Positions 26,038 to 39,759 of a stretch of 64,000 nt of DNA are shown one piece after another. The DNA lies in NCBI GenBank assembly GCA_043228905.1, contig JBHGNT010000001.1, forward strand, positions 25,048,001-25,112,000. The letters are read 5' to 3'. The notes beneath the pieces are model-generated. The model saw nothing but the letters and a program-made list of their open reading frames with translations. It was not told the DNA's origin and did no database searches. The DNA comes from Azolla caroliniana. Taxonomy: Eukaryota; Plantae; Polypodiophyta. Positions within the stretch are counted from its first letter, which is position 1. The number at the start of each line of letters is the position of its first letter. The position numbers and the translations under genes were made by a program.

Positions 26038-27608
26038 CCCCCCTAAAGAAAGGAAGAAGATCACATTATGTGAGAAGTCACAATATGAAAGTAGTATATT
26101 TCTCCAAAACACTTTAACGTCGCAAATAATATGATAGTGTAGTGGTTAGAATCTTGAAATGGAACAAAATTCTAGGTTCAAGTTGAGTGTGTCACACCAA
26201 AATTTGTGAAGGCTTTAGTATGATATCATGCATACTCTCTATCTCACTTCATACTCTCTATCTCACTTCCTATAAGCTAACCTAAAACCAGTAGTTTCCC
26301 TTTCCATAAGCCAAGGGTTGAACAAAATAACATCACATTATAAAGGTAATATTCACTAGAGATTCCATGCTAATAACAATGTGAAAATATTGCCTCTATA
26401 CCCATATAGGAGAAGTTATACATACCCACACACATATGCTTAATAGATTTATGGCATTTTTCTTTGTATTTAGTATGATTTGAAAACATTAAAATCATGA
26501 TTCTAAATCTTGAGGAATGGTCTTGAATCTTGATGTGCGCTTATTGCAAATCTCCTCCTCATTCTAGCTCATGGATTCACAAGGTGCTCCAAAAATGAAA
26601 GGATTTATAATATTCAAAGCAACACATTTTCTACAATAAAAAAGATTGGGAATGATATTGTTACCCTTTGGTGGGCCCATGCCACCAAAGACTTCTATCA
26701 AAGCACGTCTTGTGATCCTCTTCATGTGCATATAATTTTTTCTAGATAGTTGCTAATGAAAATAAGTAGGTATGGCGTTAAATGAAACACTTCTAATACA
26801 ATATATATAGTCTTGATTTTGTGAGGTATACCTTGTTATTTCAAGAAACATTATCATGGGGAAATTAAAATAACTAGTACAACTTCACATCAAAACTTGG
26901 AACACGAGAGACCTAGAGGTATGTTCTCCATAAATTTGTGTAATGCTTTGCTTTTGAAGATCTTACATGAAGACGTAATTTAGCTTTTGCTCAGTTTTAC
27001 AAAGCATGCTACTCCGTATAGCCACTTTTTGTTCTACATGAATATTGTGGTACTACATACACCAACACTTTTTCTATCCTTCACAAATACAAAATATTTG
27101 TTGTAAAGGTAAACAAATACAGAGTGCAACAACTAGATCTTTCGAGCATTTTGTCGATGAAAGACGAGCTTAAGGTTGGATAGAACTTATAAGGCTACAA
27201 TGATTGGGACACATGCTTCCGAGCAAAATGCGAAATATTGGAGAATGGACATGGGACTTGCGTTCTTTATTTTTCTCCAATACCCCCCCCCCCCCCCCGC
27301 CCCCCCGAGTTTCGGTTCGTGGAAACCGTTACAGGTGTGGAGGGCTGACGGGGAAATTAAGGAAAACCCGAGGGCATGCAAGGGAGAGAAAATAATTTAC
27401 AGAAGGAATTTTGGGGGGGCTATTGGCCCTGTGTATTTCGTAGACTCGAATACGAAGGGGAGGGAGGCGGGTAAATTTCTGTTGCAGGCAGAGCGAGCGA
27501 GCGAGCGAGATTTGTTGAGAGACTGAATAGATAGATGAATGAGGAGGGAGGATGTGGGCCTCTGAATGATCAGAAACGCCCTTATTTTATATATAGTACT
27601 GAAACCCT

Positions 27609-28157
27609 TCATGACCTCCAGGCTATGGAGTTGCCACAATGGCATGCAGATCGACAGCATGCGCCACAGAAATTGCAATGGAATATACAGCAGCCGTGGT
27701 TTTCAGGGATGGAATTACATATACAAATATTGAGAATCGAAGAAGGAGGAGGAGGAGGTGGAGGTGGAGGTGGAGGTGGAGGTGGAGGAGGATCTGCAGG
27801 AGGAGGCTTTGGGGGATCTGCAGGAGGAGGCTTTGGGGGATCTGAAGGAGGAGGCTTTGCGGGAGGATCTGAAGGAGGAGTGGGGGGCGGAGGAGGCGGC
27901 CGATGCTTGCAGTAATGCGCGAGCTTTATACCGAGGTAAGAGATGATGGCCAACATCACAAATGCGGCAAGCGCCGCAATGACTGTAACATCATTGGATC
28001 CAAGCCCATTATCAGTGCCACTCTGATTTTGTTGAGTGTAATTGCAGGTAGTGCTTTTAATACCACATGGAACATATTCATTTGCGCTACCCGGAGGTGG
28101 AGGTGGAGGTGGAGCAGGAGCAAGGTCTTGCCAACAATGGTATCCTTCGACACACAT
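27609..28157 (-). CDS. Putative single-pass membrane protein, Pro-rich with Cys-rich C-terminal tail (182 aa, unknown function)
   Basis: ATG-initiated intact ORF; hydrophobic segment VIAALAAFVMLAIISYLGIKLA; repeated (S/A)DPPKPPP; 10 Cys in the last ~40 aa. Confidence 0.55.
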   Translation of the reverse strand: MCVEGYHCWQDLAPAPPPPPPPGSANEYVPCGIKSTTCNYTQQNQSGTDNGLGSNDVTVIAALAAFVMLAIISYLGIKLAHYCKHRPPPPPPTPPSDPPAKPPPSDPPKPPPADPPKPPPADPPPPPPPPPPPPPPPPSSILNICICNSIPENHGCCIFHCNFCGACCRSACHCGNSIAWRS

Positions 28158-28222
28158 GACAGGTTGCGTTCAGCCGGATTATCTCGCCAATGTCACACAA
28201 TCCGCCGCCCTGGAGAAGTTTC

Positions 28223-28421
28223 GATTCAATTCAAAACTGACATTCCTTGTGATCTTTGATGATCCTTATCTATCTATACATCCACCCCTAGTCCTCCTCT
28301 CAATGATTAATTGTTGGCTTTAGACTTATTGATTCAATTCAAAACTGGCATTCCTTGTTATCCTTGATGATCCTTATCTATAGTACATCCACCCCTAGTC
28401 CTCTCAATGATTAATTGTTGG
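28223..28421. repeat. ~108-bp tandem duplication upstream of the Pro/Cys ORF
   Basis: GATTCAATTCAAAACTG...ATGATTAATTGTTGG present twice. Confidence 0.85.
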
Positions 28422-31400
28422 GTTTATACTGATGTTAATCATATCCAAATCACAAAACACACATCAAGCTCACTCACACTATATATTGAAAAACGAACAC
28501 CATGATCACCCAACTAACTTTTATGTGTGGGGAGACTTGTCAAACACTATGATCATCACACAAACACTATTGAAGCTCATTATATTATGTAGAAACGCAT
28601 TATATTATGTAGAGAGACACATAGTATAAGAAACTTCAATATTGGGACACCTAAAGCTAGAATAATATTCCAGCTACAACAAGCCTTCATCTTCCAAACC
28701 ACACATAATTTGAAATTTTACAACTAAAAAGCATGATCCCATTTCCCCACGACCTTACAATCATCCGAACCACATGTTTTCTTTTTATTTTTTTAGGAGC
28801 TCCTAAGAATCGTCCGTCATCTGGAGTAATTATTTCGTCATGTCTCGTCCACTTGCCATGCTTGCCCAATCACCTCAATAATGCTCACATTACGTGTAGA
28901 ATAAGATTAACATGTTCTAGTAACCCTCCTTGTATCCAAGGACCCACCATTGAAATTTGGATGTGTTTGTATCCGATTGATGTGTTGATCAACATACGTA
29001 CATTTTATTTCAACGCATTTTCCACGGCTCATTTGTCATGTATACACCACACCTTGACATACCCTAGTAAGACTCAAAATGAGATTATGAACCTCCATGA
29101 TTGTAACTTCTAACCACTATGACGCATTTCCTCCTATCCTTAATACCAAGGTTTTAAAGGTCGGTTTGTATAGGATTAAATTGCCCAATTTATAGAAAAT
29201 TTTCTAAACATCATTTTCATGACAATAAACACCTCTAACATCTTGTGGTAATCTCACAACTTGACTTCTTGCAAAAACATTCCCATTTTCCGTTAGGCAC
29301 CTTAACTCTTTCTATAACAATAATAATACTAAAGGAATGTAAAAGACAGTCTTCGCATTATTCTGTTTAAATGGATTTTGTTTTTGAAAAACTTTGGAGT
29401 TAAAAAGATGAGTCCAATCCTGACATTCTCTTTTCAAAAAAGAACGTACAAAGACCAACTAGGAAACGTTTGTGAAGGAAAATGACTTGTTAATGAAGAG
29501 ATTAAAATTTCTTTTCAAATGTGAGCATTACCTCCAAAAACAAATAAACATAAATTTTTACATCATGATCAACAAAGATTATACTAGATGCCTTTGTTCA
29601 AAATGATAAATATTGGTTCAAATTTGGCAAGTTTCCTCATCCCAAGGTATAAGCTTCATATCACAACAAAGCTTAATAATTAACAATGTATTTAAGATGG
29701 GCAATGCGACCTCTTTGTCAATAACAAACATGTGAAGCAAGCTAGTAACCAACAATGTAATTAAAGGTAAGCGATATATCATATGACCTCTTTTTCAAAA
29801 ATAAACATGTGAAGCAAACAAAGTCTTCTAGAATCTTCTTCTTGATATCGGTACATACAGTGGAAAGACGAGCTATTTTGTCTTTTTCTATGGGAATAGG
29901 TTTTTTCGACGCTACACACGAAGGATTATTTGTCATATTACACTTCGTTTTTTAACGCAAGCAAAAGATTAACTTTAGGACAAATAGAGTAAGAAAAGAC
30001 AATAACATTTTTAATTGTATTTAATGAAAGACCAAGTCCACACTTGCATTTCCTACCAAGGTGATAACAAATTTTCTTTTCCAAAAAGTGAAGAAACATC
30101 TTTTTGGCAAAACTAAGTCCGGACAATTAGAATTTCCCACCGAATTAACACCGTATTGTACTTTTGAAAAAAAACATTTTGGTTCTCTCACCAATTTTGG
30201 AATTAAAAAAGCCACAAATGTTTTTTGTTAGGCATGACTATTCATTTGTGCAAAGGAAACCTTGATTGTATGGATGAATACCCCATGCAAGACATAGTAC
30301 ACACATTGCTAGGGAGGAAGCCACAATATCAACTACATCGTAACTAGTTGATAGTACCCTTTATTGGATACTTATGTGACTGTATATACATCCATATCTC
30401 TCGAGAGGCATATCTACACATTCTTTATCAATAAATTGCACCCTTCATATTGTGTGTGTCCTCCTACATATGCCTAGAAACACATTAACCTCGAAAGATC
30501 AAAACCACACATACTATGTCTTTCATTATGTTTTGGAAGAACAAAATGGTGTGTATTTTAAATAAACTTAATCATTAGGACAATAGTCGAGAAAGTCTTG
30601 TAACAAGTTCCAAACACCATCATCAAAACTTACTTCTTAAACTATGATGGATACAATTTAAGTCCAATACACGCATTTCCTACCAAGGTGATAACCAAGA
30701 GGGATGATGGTTGACATAGGGATAATATCAGTACATACGTAGCTGCAAGTTTGGTGTCTACAGTGGGTTGAGAAAAGAGAGAGATTACAAGAACTTTCTC
30801 TACATGAAGAGCAGTAGCCCCTTAATCCTCTATCACACACACACTCTTATATACAATAGTGTGCTTCATTATGCTTGCACACATGCATGCCGCTACGTGT
30901 CACTATGCATCACTTTTGCTACTTCTTCTTGCATGCCACAAGGCATTCTTTGAGTTCTGGCACGTGGATGGTTGAATCTATCATCCAAGTCTTCGAGAAA
31001 GTTGTAGTATGTCAAGGTAGCTTTACAACAAGACATCGGTCATCAAAATTCAATATTCCCTTGTAAAGTTATGACGAAAACATTTAACTAGTTATTATAA
31101 ATGAAACTTTCTAACACTTTCCACATAACCTCAATTCTTCCAAACTACCTTTGTACCCTCAATATTCAATTATCCATAAACACATCCCTAGTGTCATATT
31201 TGTCTTCTAGTATTTTTCTACATGTTATGTAACACAACTATTTACAATATAACAATGGCGGCTGATGACCAACTTGCAATGACAACAATAACTAATGTTG
31301 TTGTTGCGTCTCTCAAAGGACATCCCATTGTTGCTCCTTCTTTGCTCTTTGTTTCCTTCTCGTGCAATTCTTCATGGAATCATTCCTCGAAGGTTTTGGG

Positions 31401-33604
31401 CCTTCATGAATTGAATTCCACAAAGGCCTAGACTCATGGGGATGCATGTGTTCAAACACAATCCTCTTCCGCACCATTTCATTCTCCCCAAATCCTTTGT
31501 TGCGAACATCATTTGCCGATTTTCTTTTGCTCGTAATTTTCCATCTAGAGCTCGGATTCACGATCCGAGAAAAAATTTCCCGAACCTCACAAAGTCCTTA
31601 ATACATTGATGTGGAGAACTTTGATGTGTAGATCCATGATCCAACGTTTGCCAGAATTAAGGCAATTTAACGTGTCAATTCAAGCTCCATTCTTAAATTT
31701 TTGAGCCAAAATGGAACATTACAATCCTTAATCAATTATGATTCACAAGGAGTGAAAATTACAATTTCATTCTCCACAATTACAAGGATTTTGATACATA
31801 AGCTAAGAACTTCTAGTAACTAACAATATTTCCCAAACTCAAGATTTAGTTACAATTGTGTTTTTTTAATTTAATACAATGACTTCTAAAAGGTTAAGGT
31901 TGATTTTATTTTTTAATAATATCACCCTTACATAGGATTTAAGAGATTAAGATGAAGAAAGCAAAGGGCTTAGAAGAGTGTCATGGGGAGATCCTCGAGT
32001 TTTGACGGCCGCATCTTTTGTCACCGTAGATCTCCTACCTCCCCTTGATTTGTTATCCCCTAACAATCCTTTCACTAATGAAATTAGTGTCTCTCTCTTG
32101 AAATGTCTCCCTTCCCCCCCCTTGGGGACATTGACCTCTCGTTGTCCTTTTATAAGCTTCGCCCATGTACCTAAATGGGAACTTGTAGTATGAGTTGCCA
32201 CTTGCCCCCAACACTCAACTTTCCCAAAAGTGCATTCCTCATTTTGTTGTACCACATTCCTCATCCCCATGTTGTAAACCATCATTTCCCCCGTATGTTG
32301 CCCAACGAGTTCAAAGCTTTGTCCTCAAGTCTCGATTGAATAGCTTTTACAACTTGAGCTACATTTAGTTATTGATTTGTGTTTCATCTCATCACATGTC
32401 CTTTGAGTTACATCTTCCATAAAACCTTTAACTTATCGTAAGCTTGAATTCCAACACTTTTCACCCTCTGCACATGTCATGTCATGACAACACTTTAATT
32501 CTAACCATGTTAACCACCTCTTGTTCAACTACTTCAAATTTATTGATGCCCTCTAATCAGAAATAGAGCAAATGGAGAAAGGAGAGTGGTCATTGATTGC
32601 CTCAAACATCATTACGTTGCACTACTTTTTTAGCAATCTAATCTATTGAGCTACCTCTCCTATCACACTCATCAACCATTTCTATCCAAACTCAACTAAG
32701 TGCTAAGAAATATTAGGTTGACATCTAACTCTACACCCAACTTTATGCTAATAACCTCAAATTGTGGCTAGAAACCAACCCAACAAAAGATCAATATTGG
32801 GTCACTTCCGTACCAACCCTCTCCTCAAACCTTGAAATGTTCACAAACACATATTAGATATTATAGATTAAAGATAGCATGCAATAGGTGGGAAAATACA
32901 AGGACTAAAGCTTAAGCATGTCCCTCTCCCCTAAATCATTTTCTTGATCTCAATTTATAAATCCAACCTTATACTAATAGAAGCTTGGTAGTGATAAGCT
33001 ATGGTACATTCCCCCACACTAACCATGAGGTAGTTCTTTGGAAGATTACCCAAGAAGTAGTTTTTCTACGAGAGTATTGAAAGAAATTACATTGTTTCAT
33101 GTTATTTGACACAAAGACAATGGGTGTTTTAATACTTTATACATCTCAACCTAAGACCAAAGATAGAGATCATTTTCCTCTTTTTGAGATATATTGGGAT
33201 TACCTCACACTTACAATATGCTCGATACTTTTGTATTTTATTGTACGCATGGAGTTAGAGGATATCTACGAATTTTGAAGCGATTTTTTATTTGGCAATA
33301 TTGTTTATTGGAGAAAGACAAAATTATTTCCCGAATGGGGTGTTCTTCTTTCTTATTAGCGATTTGACATAGCCCACTACCCATGAGTGACATCATCAAT
33401 CAGTTGTGCCATTATAGTGTTTCTTACACATTTTTAATATAATTGAGTGCTTTCACCAAGAGCAAGAGAAACAAAGAGAAAGATATTTTTAATGTTCACT
33501 GGAGACTAATTGCAATCTCTAAGACGGGGCCTAGCCCATGGTGACAATCGAGCTAGGCTTCTCTCAATTTTATGACTTTAATGTTTTGGCCTGACAATCA
33601 AGGC

Positions 33605-33608
<4 letters not shown>

Positions 33609-33654
<46 letters not shown>

Positions 33655-34197
33655 CTATTATCGTCTTCGAAGATCAAATATGACCTATGAGACCAAAAAT
33701 ATTACATTTCACATAATACATGTGAAAGTGAGTAGCAACTCTCGATGTTCAGGAATTTTATTGATGAATGTTGCAATCGAGAATCCACATTGTGATTATG
33801 AGATAAATTTGTGCGAGGATTGGATTTGGTTGAAGATGTATGGAAAGCATAGTCGAACATGATCAAAGCCTCATTTATAGAGGAATCTAGTAAGAGAGAG
33901 AGAGAGAGAGAGAGAGCTCAATTGTGGACTGTGGTACAATTGTAGTGGTTTTCAAATGCATTTATTTAATATAATTGGATATTTTTATCATCTTTAAAGG
34001 TCAAAATATATTAGTTATAACCTAAATATAGCATTTGCACATAATACATGTGAAATGAGTAGCAACTCTCGATGTTCAAGAACTTTATGAATGAATCTCA
34101 CAATTGAGAGTGCACATTGTGATTGTGAGAGAAGTCTATGCACGAATTGGGTTTACTCAAATATGTGTAGAAAGCATAGTTGAATGTGATCAAAGTT
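33609..34197. repeat. Two (GA)n tracts, each followed by a diverged ~170-bp direct repeat
   Basis: CACATAATACATGTGAAA.TGAGTAGCAACTCTCGATGTTCA at ~33710 and ~34039. Confidence 0.7.
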
Positions 34198-34206
34198 AGA
34201 GCATTG

Positions 34207-34967
34207 TGTTAAGGATTAGGTAATTAATTAAGGAATAATTATTACCTAATTATGTGATTAAGTTAAGCGATTATGTTGTCGTGATGTTTTTCGTCCATGG
34301 TGAGAAAACCGAGCGGGATAGAGAAAACGGAGATGTGCAACATTGCACATGAACTTAGGGAAATTGTAACATAGGGACAAATAAGCAAACGTAAAGTGTA
34401 AGGAATTAAGGTGCATTGAGTAGGACGGTTAGAGGAGAGAGAGTTAAGGCCCATCAATCTCAAGATCGGGGCAAATATTCTCCTTTGAATGAAAAGGGGA
34501 ATTGACCACTCCTATTGTATTGTGCCTCACCCCTTACCACTATAAAAGGGAGTGAGGGGTCCCTTTTGAAGGGGTTGCCTATTTTGCGTATGAGAGGTAT
34601 ACCACTTAGTCTAGAGTTCTTACCGTTTTAGGGTTAGGGTTTTGTTTAGGGCTTCCTTATTTATCTTCGGTTAGGGTTTTCTCATAGTCGTTTGGTGCGG
34701 CCCATACGGCCACCATTGTTGTAATCATTCGTTTGTTTTAATATACCTTGTTGAGTATCTTGCCTCCGCCGATCTCTCCATCTATGTCATGGTCTTATTC
34801 TTTCCTCTTCTCCTCTTGAGCTAAGCCTCCATATCATATCTTATTCTTTCTCCTCTACTCCCTAATCCAAGACCCCCGCGGTCCCGCCTCGGATCCTACA
34901 CGTACTCACAGAATATCGCGACAACGTAGTGAAAGATTAAGTGATATGTGCGTGTATGTGTGTGAGA

Positions 34968-35017
<50 letters not shown>

Positions 35018-35306
35018 TGAACAACACAAGATGGGGGATGAGTAAGTTCAAATACAAAAATACCTTCAATGAGGTATATATAGGTTTCATGTGCAAGGGT
35101 GCACATGTGCTAGGAGAATATAGGTACAACGTGTAATTCCTATATTAAATGAGCATGGAGTGGTGGATCTACAATGTATCCCACTCAAGTACAAAATCCT
35201 ATTTAAGGCTTTATGGTCCACACACTAATTAGATTCTATCTAGGTAACTACTAAGTTACGTGTGTTGACTAACTAACTAAACTAAGTTGAGCTTGATCTC
35301 TCAACA
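34207..35306 (-). mobile_element. Copia-type solo LTR containing a nested Gypsy solo LTR
   Basis: TSD CATTG 34202-34206 / 35307-35311; terminus GTTGAGCTTGATCTCTCAACA resembles the other Copia LTR ends here. Confidence 0.75.
34277..34923 (+). mobile_element. Solo LTR of the element C family
   Basis: TGTCGTG...CGCGACA; 34570-34890 matches rc of ~7630-7930; 4-bp TSD ATGT/ACGT. Confidence 0.88.
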
Positions 35307-38290
35307 CATTGTTATATCAAAGTGTGATACTCAAACTCTCAAACTTGTTTAGAACAAAATGTGCATAGTCGACTACTCTCATCACTTGTTCCCCAATGCT
35401 CTGCCTCACATCATAGTGAGTGTGAGTTAAGTATCATGAAAGCAGACAATGGGATGAGCTCTAACATGTATTGTTGTGTGTGATTTCCCCATTATGTGAA
35501 GAAGATGGTTTTGTAGTTAGGTGCAACATATGTAGTATAATATGTGGCGCGTGAGCCTCCACATTTTTCCCATGCATTGATACAGTGGCATAGCAAAAAG
35601 GCTTCTTTCCCTTAGAAATCTATTGATGCACCATGAACCAAGTGTGTTGCCTCCATCAAAAATACAAAGTTGCTTTTATGTGACTTTCAGATATTTTTCC
35701 TTGCTTCCCATATTATTCTAGGAAGTCGACGTGAGGAACGTTTTTTAACCTTAAGCATGTATTCAACAACCCTTTCTATGGCTATGATCTCAATGGGAAG
35801 TGATATTGTCTTTTGAAGATTCCCAAGAGAGAGAGAGAGACCAGCTCCTCATTTTGGCAAATCGCGATTATGAAAGCCTTCTACAATTCTTCAAAACCTT
35901 TCATGCAGTTCTTCTATTTTTCATGCGTTCATGTTGCATAATGGCATGTAGTGTTGATGGTGGGCAGTCGCATGCGGTGATGGGGTAGTGGAGATAAGTG
36001 ACGATGGGTAATAAGAAATAAAGGAAAGGAGAGGAGAGATTAATAGCTTAAAAGTAGGGAGGGAGGAAGAAAACCAAATGGAGGCAATAAAACATGCATG
36101 AATGGGGAGCAAGAGGGGGAAATGATAGAAAATGGAAAGGGAATAAAAGTGTAAATGACAAGAATGAGTTGTATGGAAAAATAAAAAACATTTTCATTTA
36201 AAATAGATGAACTAAGAGGTAGACATAGGGAAATATGGCGAAAAGAAACAAAAATGACCCCTGAAATGGATCCTACACAACCTTGAATGTATTAATGCAT
36301 ATGACCATTGCGACATCTATCTTGACCTCAACACTTAATATTAAGTGGCTTTATGATAAGCCAACTAAAATAACTTGGCAATGTTGTTGACAATCACTCT
36401 TATTAGATGGAGAGTATGTGTTTGGATGGTTAGGATTTGATTTTGCCTATGCTTTGGCACTTTGTTCTAGCCAAGGAATGTGACATGACCTCATGGTCTA
36501 GTTGATGTGCAGGTATATGAGTTTCAACTGCCCACTTTGTTTAGATTGTGTTCTCAACCATTGAGCGTGAACCATGTTTGGTGGGGATCAAGTGGTTCAA
36601 GTCTTGGTTTCCACTCATGTTCAGGAATCAATATTCAATGCCGCGCTCAAACTACCCTTCACTCCTTGTGAGGGTTTTCGATACTTATCATAAGGCACTT
36701 ATTCATTGTCCACAGTAATGTACAATTGTTCTTTTGATGAACATGTTCATTTTTATACCTTCAATGGGAAGGTCCACTTGGTTAGATACCCAAGATTTTT
36801 AGTATATCCCTTTACTTGTGTCTCCTAGAGCACAATTCCTCCAATTCAAAACACACATTCATCTTGGAGTGTACATTACTTGGTTATAAACCATAGGTTG
36901 CCTTTTGTAGCACGTCCACAATGTTTGAACACATTAACACTTTTTTGCTCTCATGAGCACGTGTTGCATATTGAAACTTACTTCCTACCTAGGAGCACAT
37001 GTTGCAAATTTTTGTACAACAATGTTATAAGCATAACCTTACGAACCAATTCTATAACTCATTTTAATGGGTTCAAGATAGTTAGGAAATTGATTATCCT
37101 AGGAACTAGTACAAACCCATATGGACCTATGATGTGTGGGAAAACATAGTGGTTTGAGAGCCTTAGGTGCTGAGTTATATAGAGGGACTAGCTATTCCTT
37201 TCAGTACGACATCTTGAAACACTACCAAGACTCTATTGGTGAGGTAAAGTTCTCTTCTTTAGATCCATTATTCAACATCCAACGTATAAATTATAATGTA
37301 AGGTAATATTTGGTGATATGGAACACCGATGGTATTTTATTTTCATCTCATGTCCTTTGCTAGAGGGTGACCATGTGGTTAAGCACCCTTAATCTATTAT
37401 TTTCCTTAATCTCTTATAACCCCTCCTCTGTATGAAGCTATGAAGCGAACTCAACTTATATATAGTCAGTCTCCTACACAAATTTTGCTTTTCATGTGTG
37501 ATGTCTCTATTTTCCCTTTTTCTCTTCTTAAAGCACACTGAAATAGTGTGTTTTGTTGTGATGTTCACATTGTGCCAAATGTATCATGACATGTTATCTA
37601 TTATTATCTATTAACTATCAACTATAACAACAATTATTGGATTATTCTAAATCTTTGAGTAATATTGTCATGAAGGAAATTTCTTCATCAATATTTTCTC
37701 TAATAATATTCTCACGAAATTTACTATAGGATACAACAAAAGGTCTTGGGTTCAAATATTAACTTTCACACATCTTTGTTACACTACCATTTGTCCTAAT
37801 CAAGCAATTTCCAAACAATTGATAAAACCATGTCAACAATAGTTTTTTTCTTTCTCTTCTTATTCAAGCTATAAACTTATTGGTAGAACTCCTACTTTTA
37901 TGTATCTTTGTACCACCATATCACTTCCCCTTAAACTACATGCCATATTAGTGTGTCAAACTCAGGACCCCACAATCTCCAAACAATTGACAAGCATATG
38001 TTCTTATTATTCTCCTTATTCTAGTTAAGAATCTAGAAGCCTAAAAGGCAATTGATACTACCGTGTGAAGTTAATGCCACTATGCTTCAAGAATGTTTAC
38101 CATCCTCGTCCTCGTACTCTAGACTTGTATATCTATCAACCTATGTCTAACTCGAGTTCTACACCAGGAAAATATGCCAACATTTATTAATAGGCCAAGC
38201 TCTTATTTGTAACAAGAAAATTGGGCTGAATTGCTCAAAATGATGATTTCTTGGGCTGAATTATTCAAATTGATGGTTTCTAGTTCCTAG

Positions 38291-38786
38291 TAACAATCGG
38301 CAACAGTTCGGTTTGGTTTGAGAGGGTCCAAACCGAACCGTTCAAATTTTTTGAAACCTAAACCTAACCTAACCAAACCGCGAAACTGTTAAACTGAACC
38401 ATTAAACATTTTTCAAACCATTAAACCATTAAATCGTAAAAACTATGGTTTTGTGGTTTGGTTTTGGTTTTCAACATAGGTCAATTTATTTATTTATTAT
38501 TTATTATTTTTAAAAATTTATAATATTTCAATATTTAGAATTTTTAAATTTTTTTAAATGTTCCTAAAATGTGAGAATAAGGTGTAAAAATAAAAAGATT
38601 GTTTAAAAACAATTTTTAAAATTTTTAATAAAAATTTAAAAAAATAAAAAATAAAAACCGTTAAACCGTTTAAACCGCGGTTTTTGACTGTTGAAACCAA
38701 ACCGAAACCGAAACCAAACCGTTGAAACTGTTAAACCGCAGTTTCATGGTTCAGTGCAGTTCAGTCCGAACCGTTGCCGATTGTTA
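38291..38786. mobile_element. hAT-type MITE
   Basis: TIR TAACAATCGGCAAC.GTTCGG at both ends; perfect 8-bp TSD GTTCCTAG (38283-38290 / 38787-38794); AAACCG subterminal repeats; AT-rich core. Confidence 0.92.
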
Positions 38787-39759
38787 GTTCCTAGAAAGAA
38801 ATTTGGGAAAAAGAGCTTGTTGAAAAGGAAATTACATATTAAGGTGGCAAGTTTGTAGCTTTTGGAAGAAATTCCGGGTGACTACTTGATAACCACCCCA
38901 ATGAGGTTCATTTCAACAAACAAATATGAGGTAGGAAGAGTGAAATACCAAACACAAACCAATAGGCTATAGTCAGCCGTGTGTTAATTAACAGCTGCAT
39001 TGACACTATTAAAATATAATTCCGTAATACTTATTCCTTAAAAACTCACAGAAAAGTCATTAAGGATGCATCTCATATATTTTCATAACTTCAATTCCAG
39101 AAATCCAAATAAATTATACACAGATAACTACCTCGTCCCAAGTCAAACAATATAGACCCAGTTGACAACTAGAATTAAGAAGACAAGTGATATTATAAGC
39201 CTTGTTATTCAGCGAACTTAGCACATGCATTCCAATAATGTAATACAAAGAGAAGATACAGAATGTAAAAAAAAATAGTTTGCATTGATTTGTAATATAT
39301 ATCGAATGCACAAGCCAACAAACCAGGTTTATACACATTCTCTTACAATCTCACACTGCCAATAAGCAGAAGTATGTAAATGCTACTCATGACTTGTAAT
39401 TCATCACAGAAACCATACAAAGATGTAGCCTACTTGCAAATATTGGCCATGACCACAGAACTCTTCGCTATATATATGTATATATATGGAATGAAATAAT
39501 AAGATGTTCTTTCCATTGGACAGAAAGTGTCTGCCATTCACCTCTAAATGCCCTATTCACATTCTTATAAGAGATCTTGTGTGCCAGGCTTATCATTGTA
39601 ATTTGTAATAATCCAATCCCAATACACACAATGAAATCCACTGTTGGCTTCTCGATGCATTAGAACTATGGAAACAGCAGTTCCATTATATATATATATA
39701 TATACACACATGACTCTCCAACATCCTTCTATCTTTTTGTGACAAAGCATGAACCAATA

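Noticed and set aside
26133-26200. tRNA/SINE-head-like A box TAGTGTAGTGG and B box GGTTCAAG
   Set aside because: No cloverleaf, tail or TSD can be supported; at most an old SINE relic
27535-27915. Gly-rich ORF on the + strand
   Set aside because: Antisense shadow of the Pro-rich ORF; the minus frame has coherent TM and Cys architecture
28600-33500. Short ORFs and possible transposase remnants
   Set aside because: No recognisable domain motifs or termini
36300-37900. Possible ancient Gypsy integrase relic on the minus strand (LTKW-like at ~36780)
   Set aside because: Too degraded to delimit without a profile search
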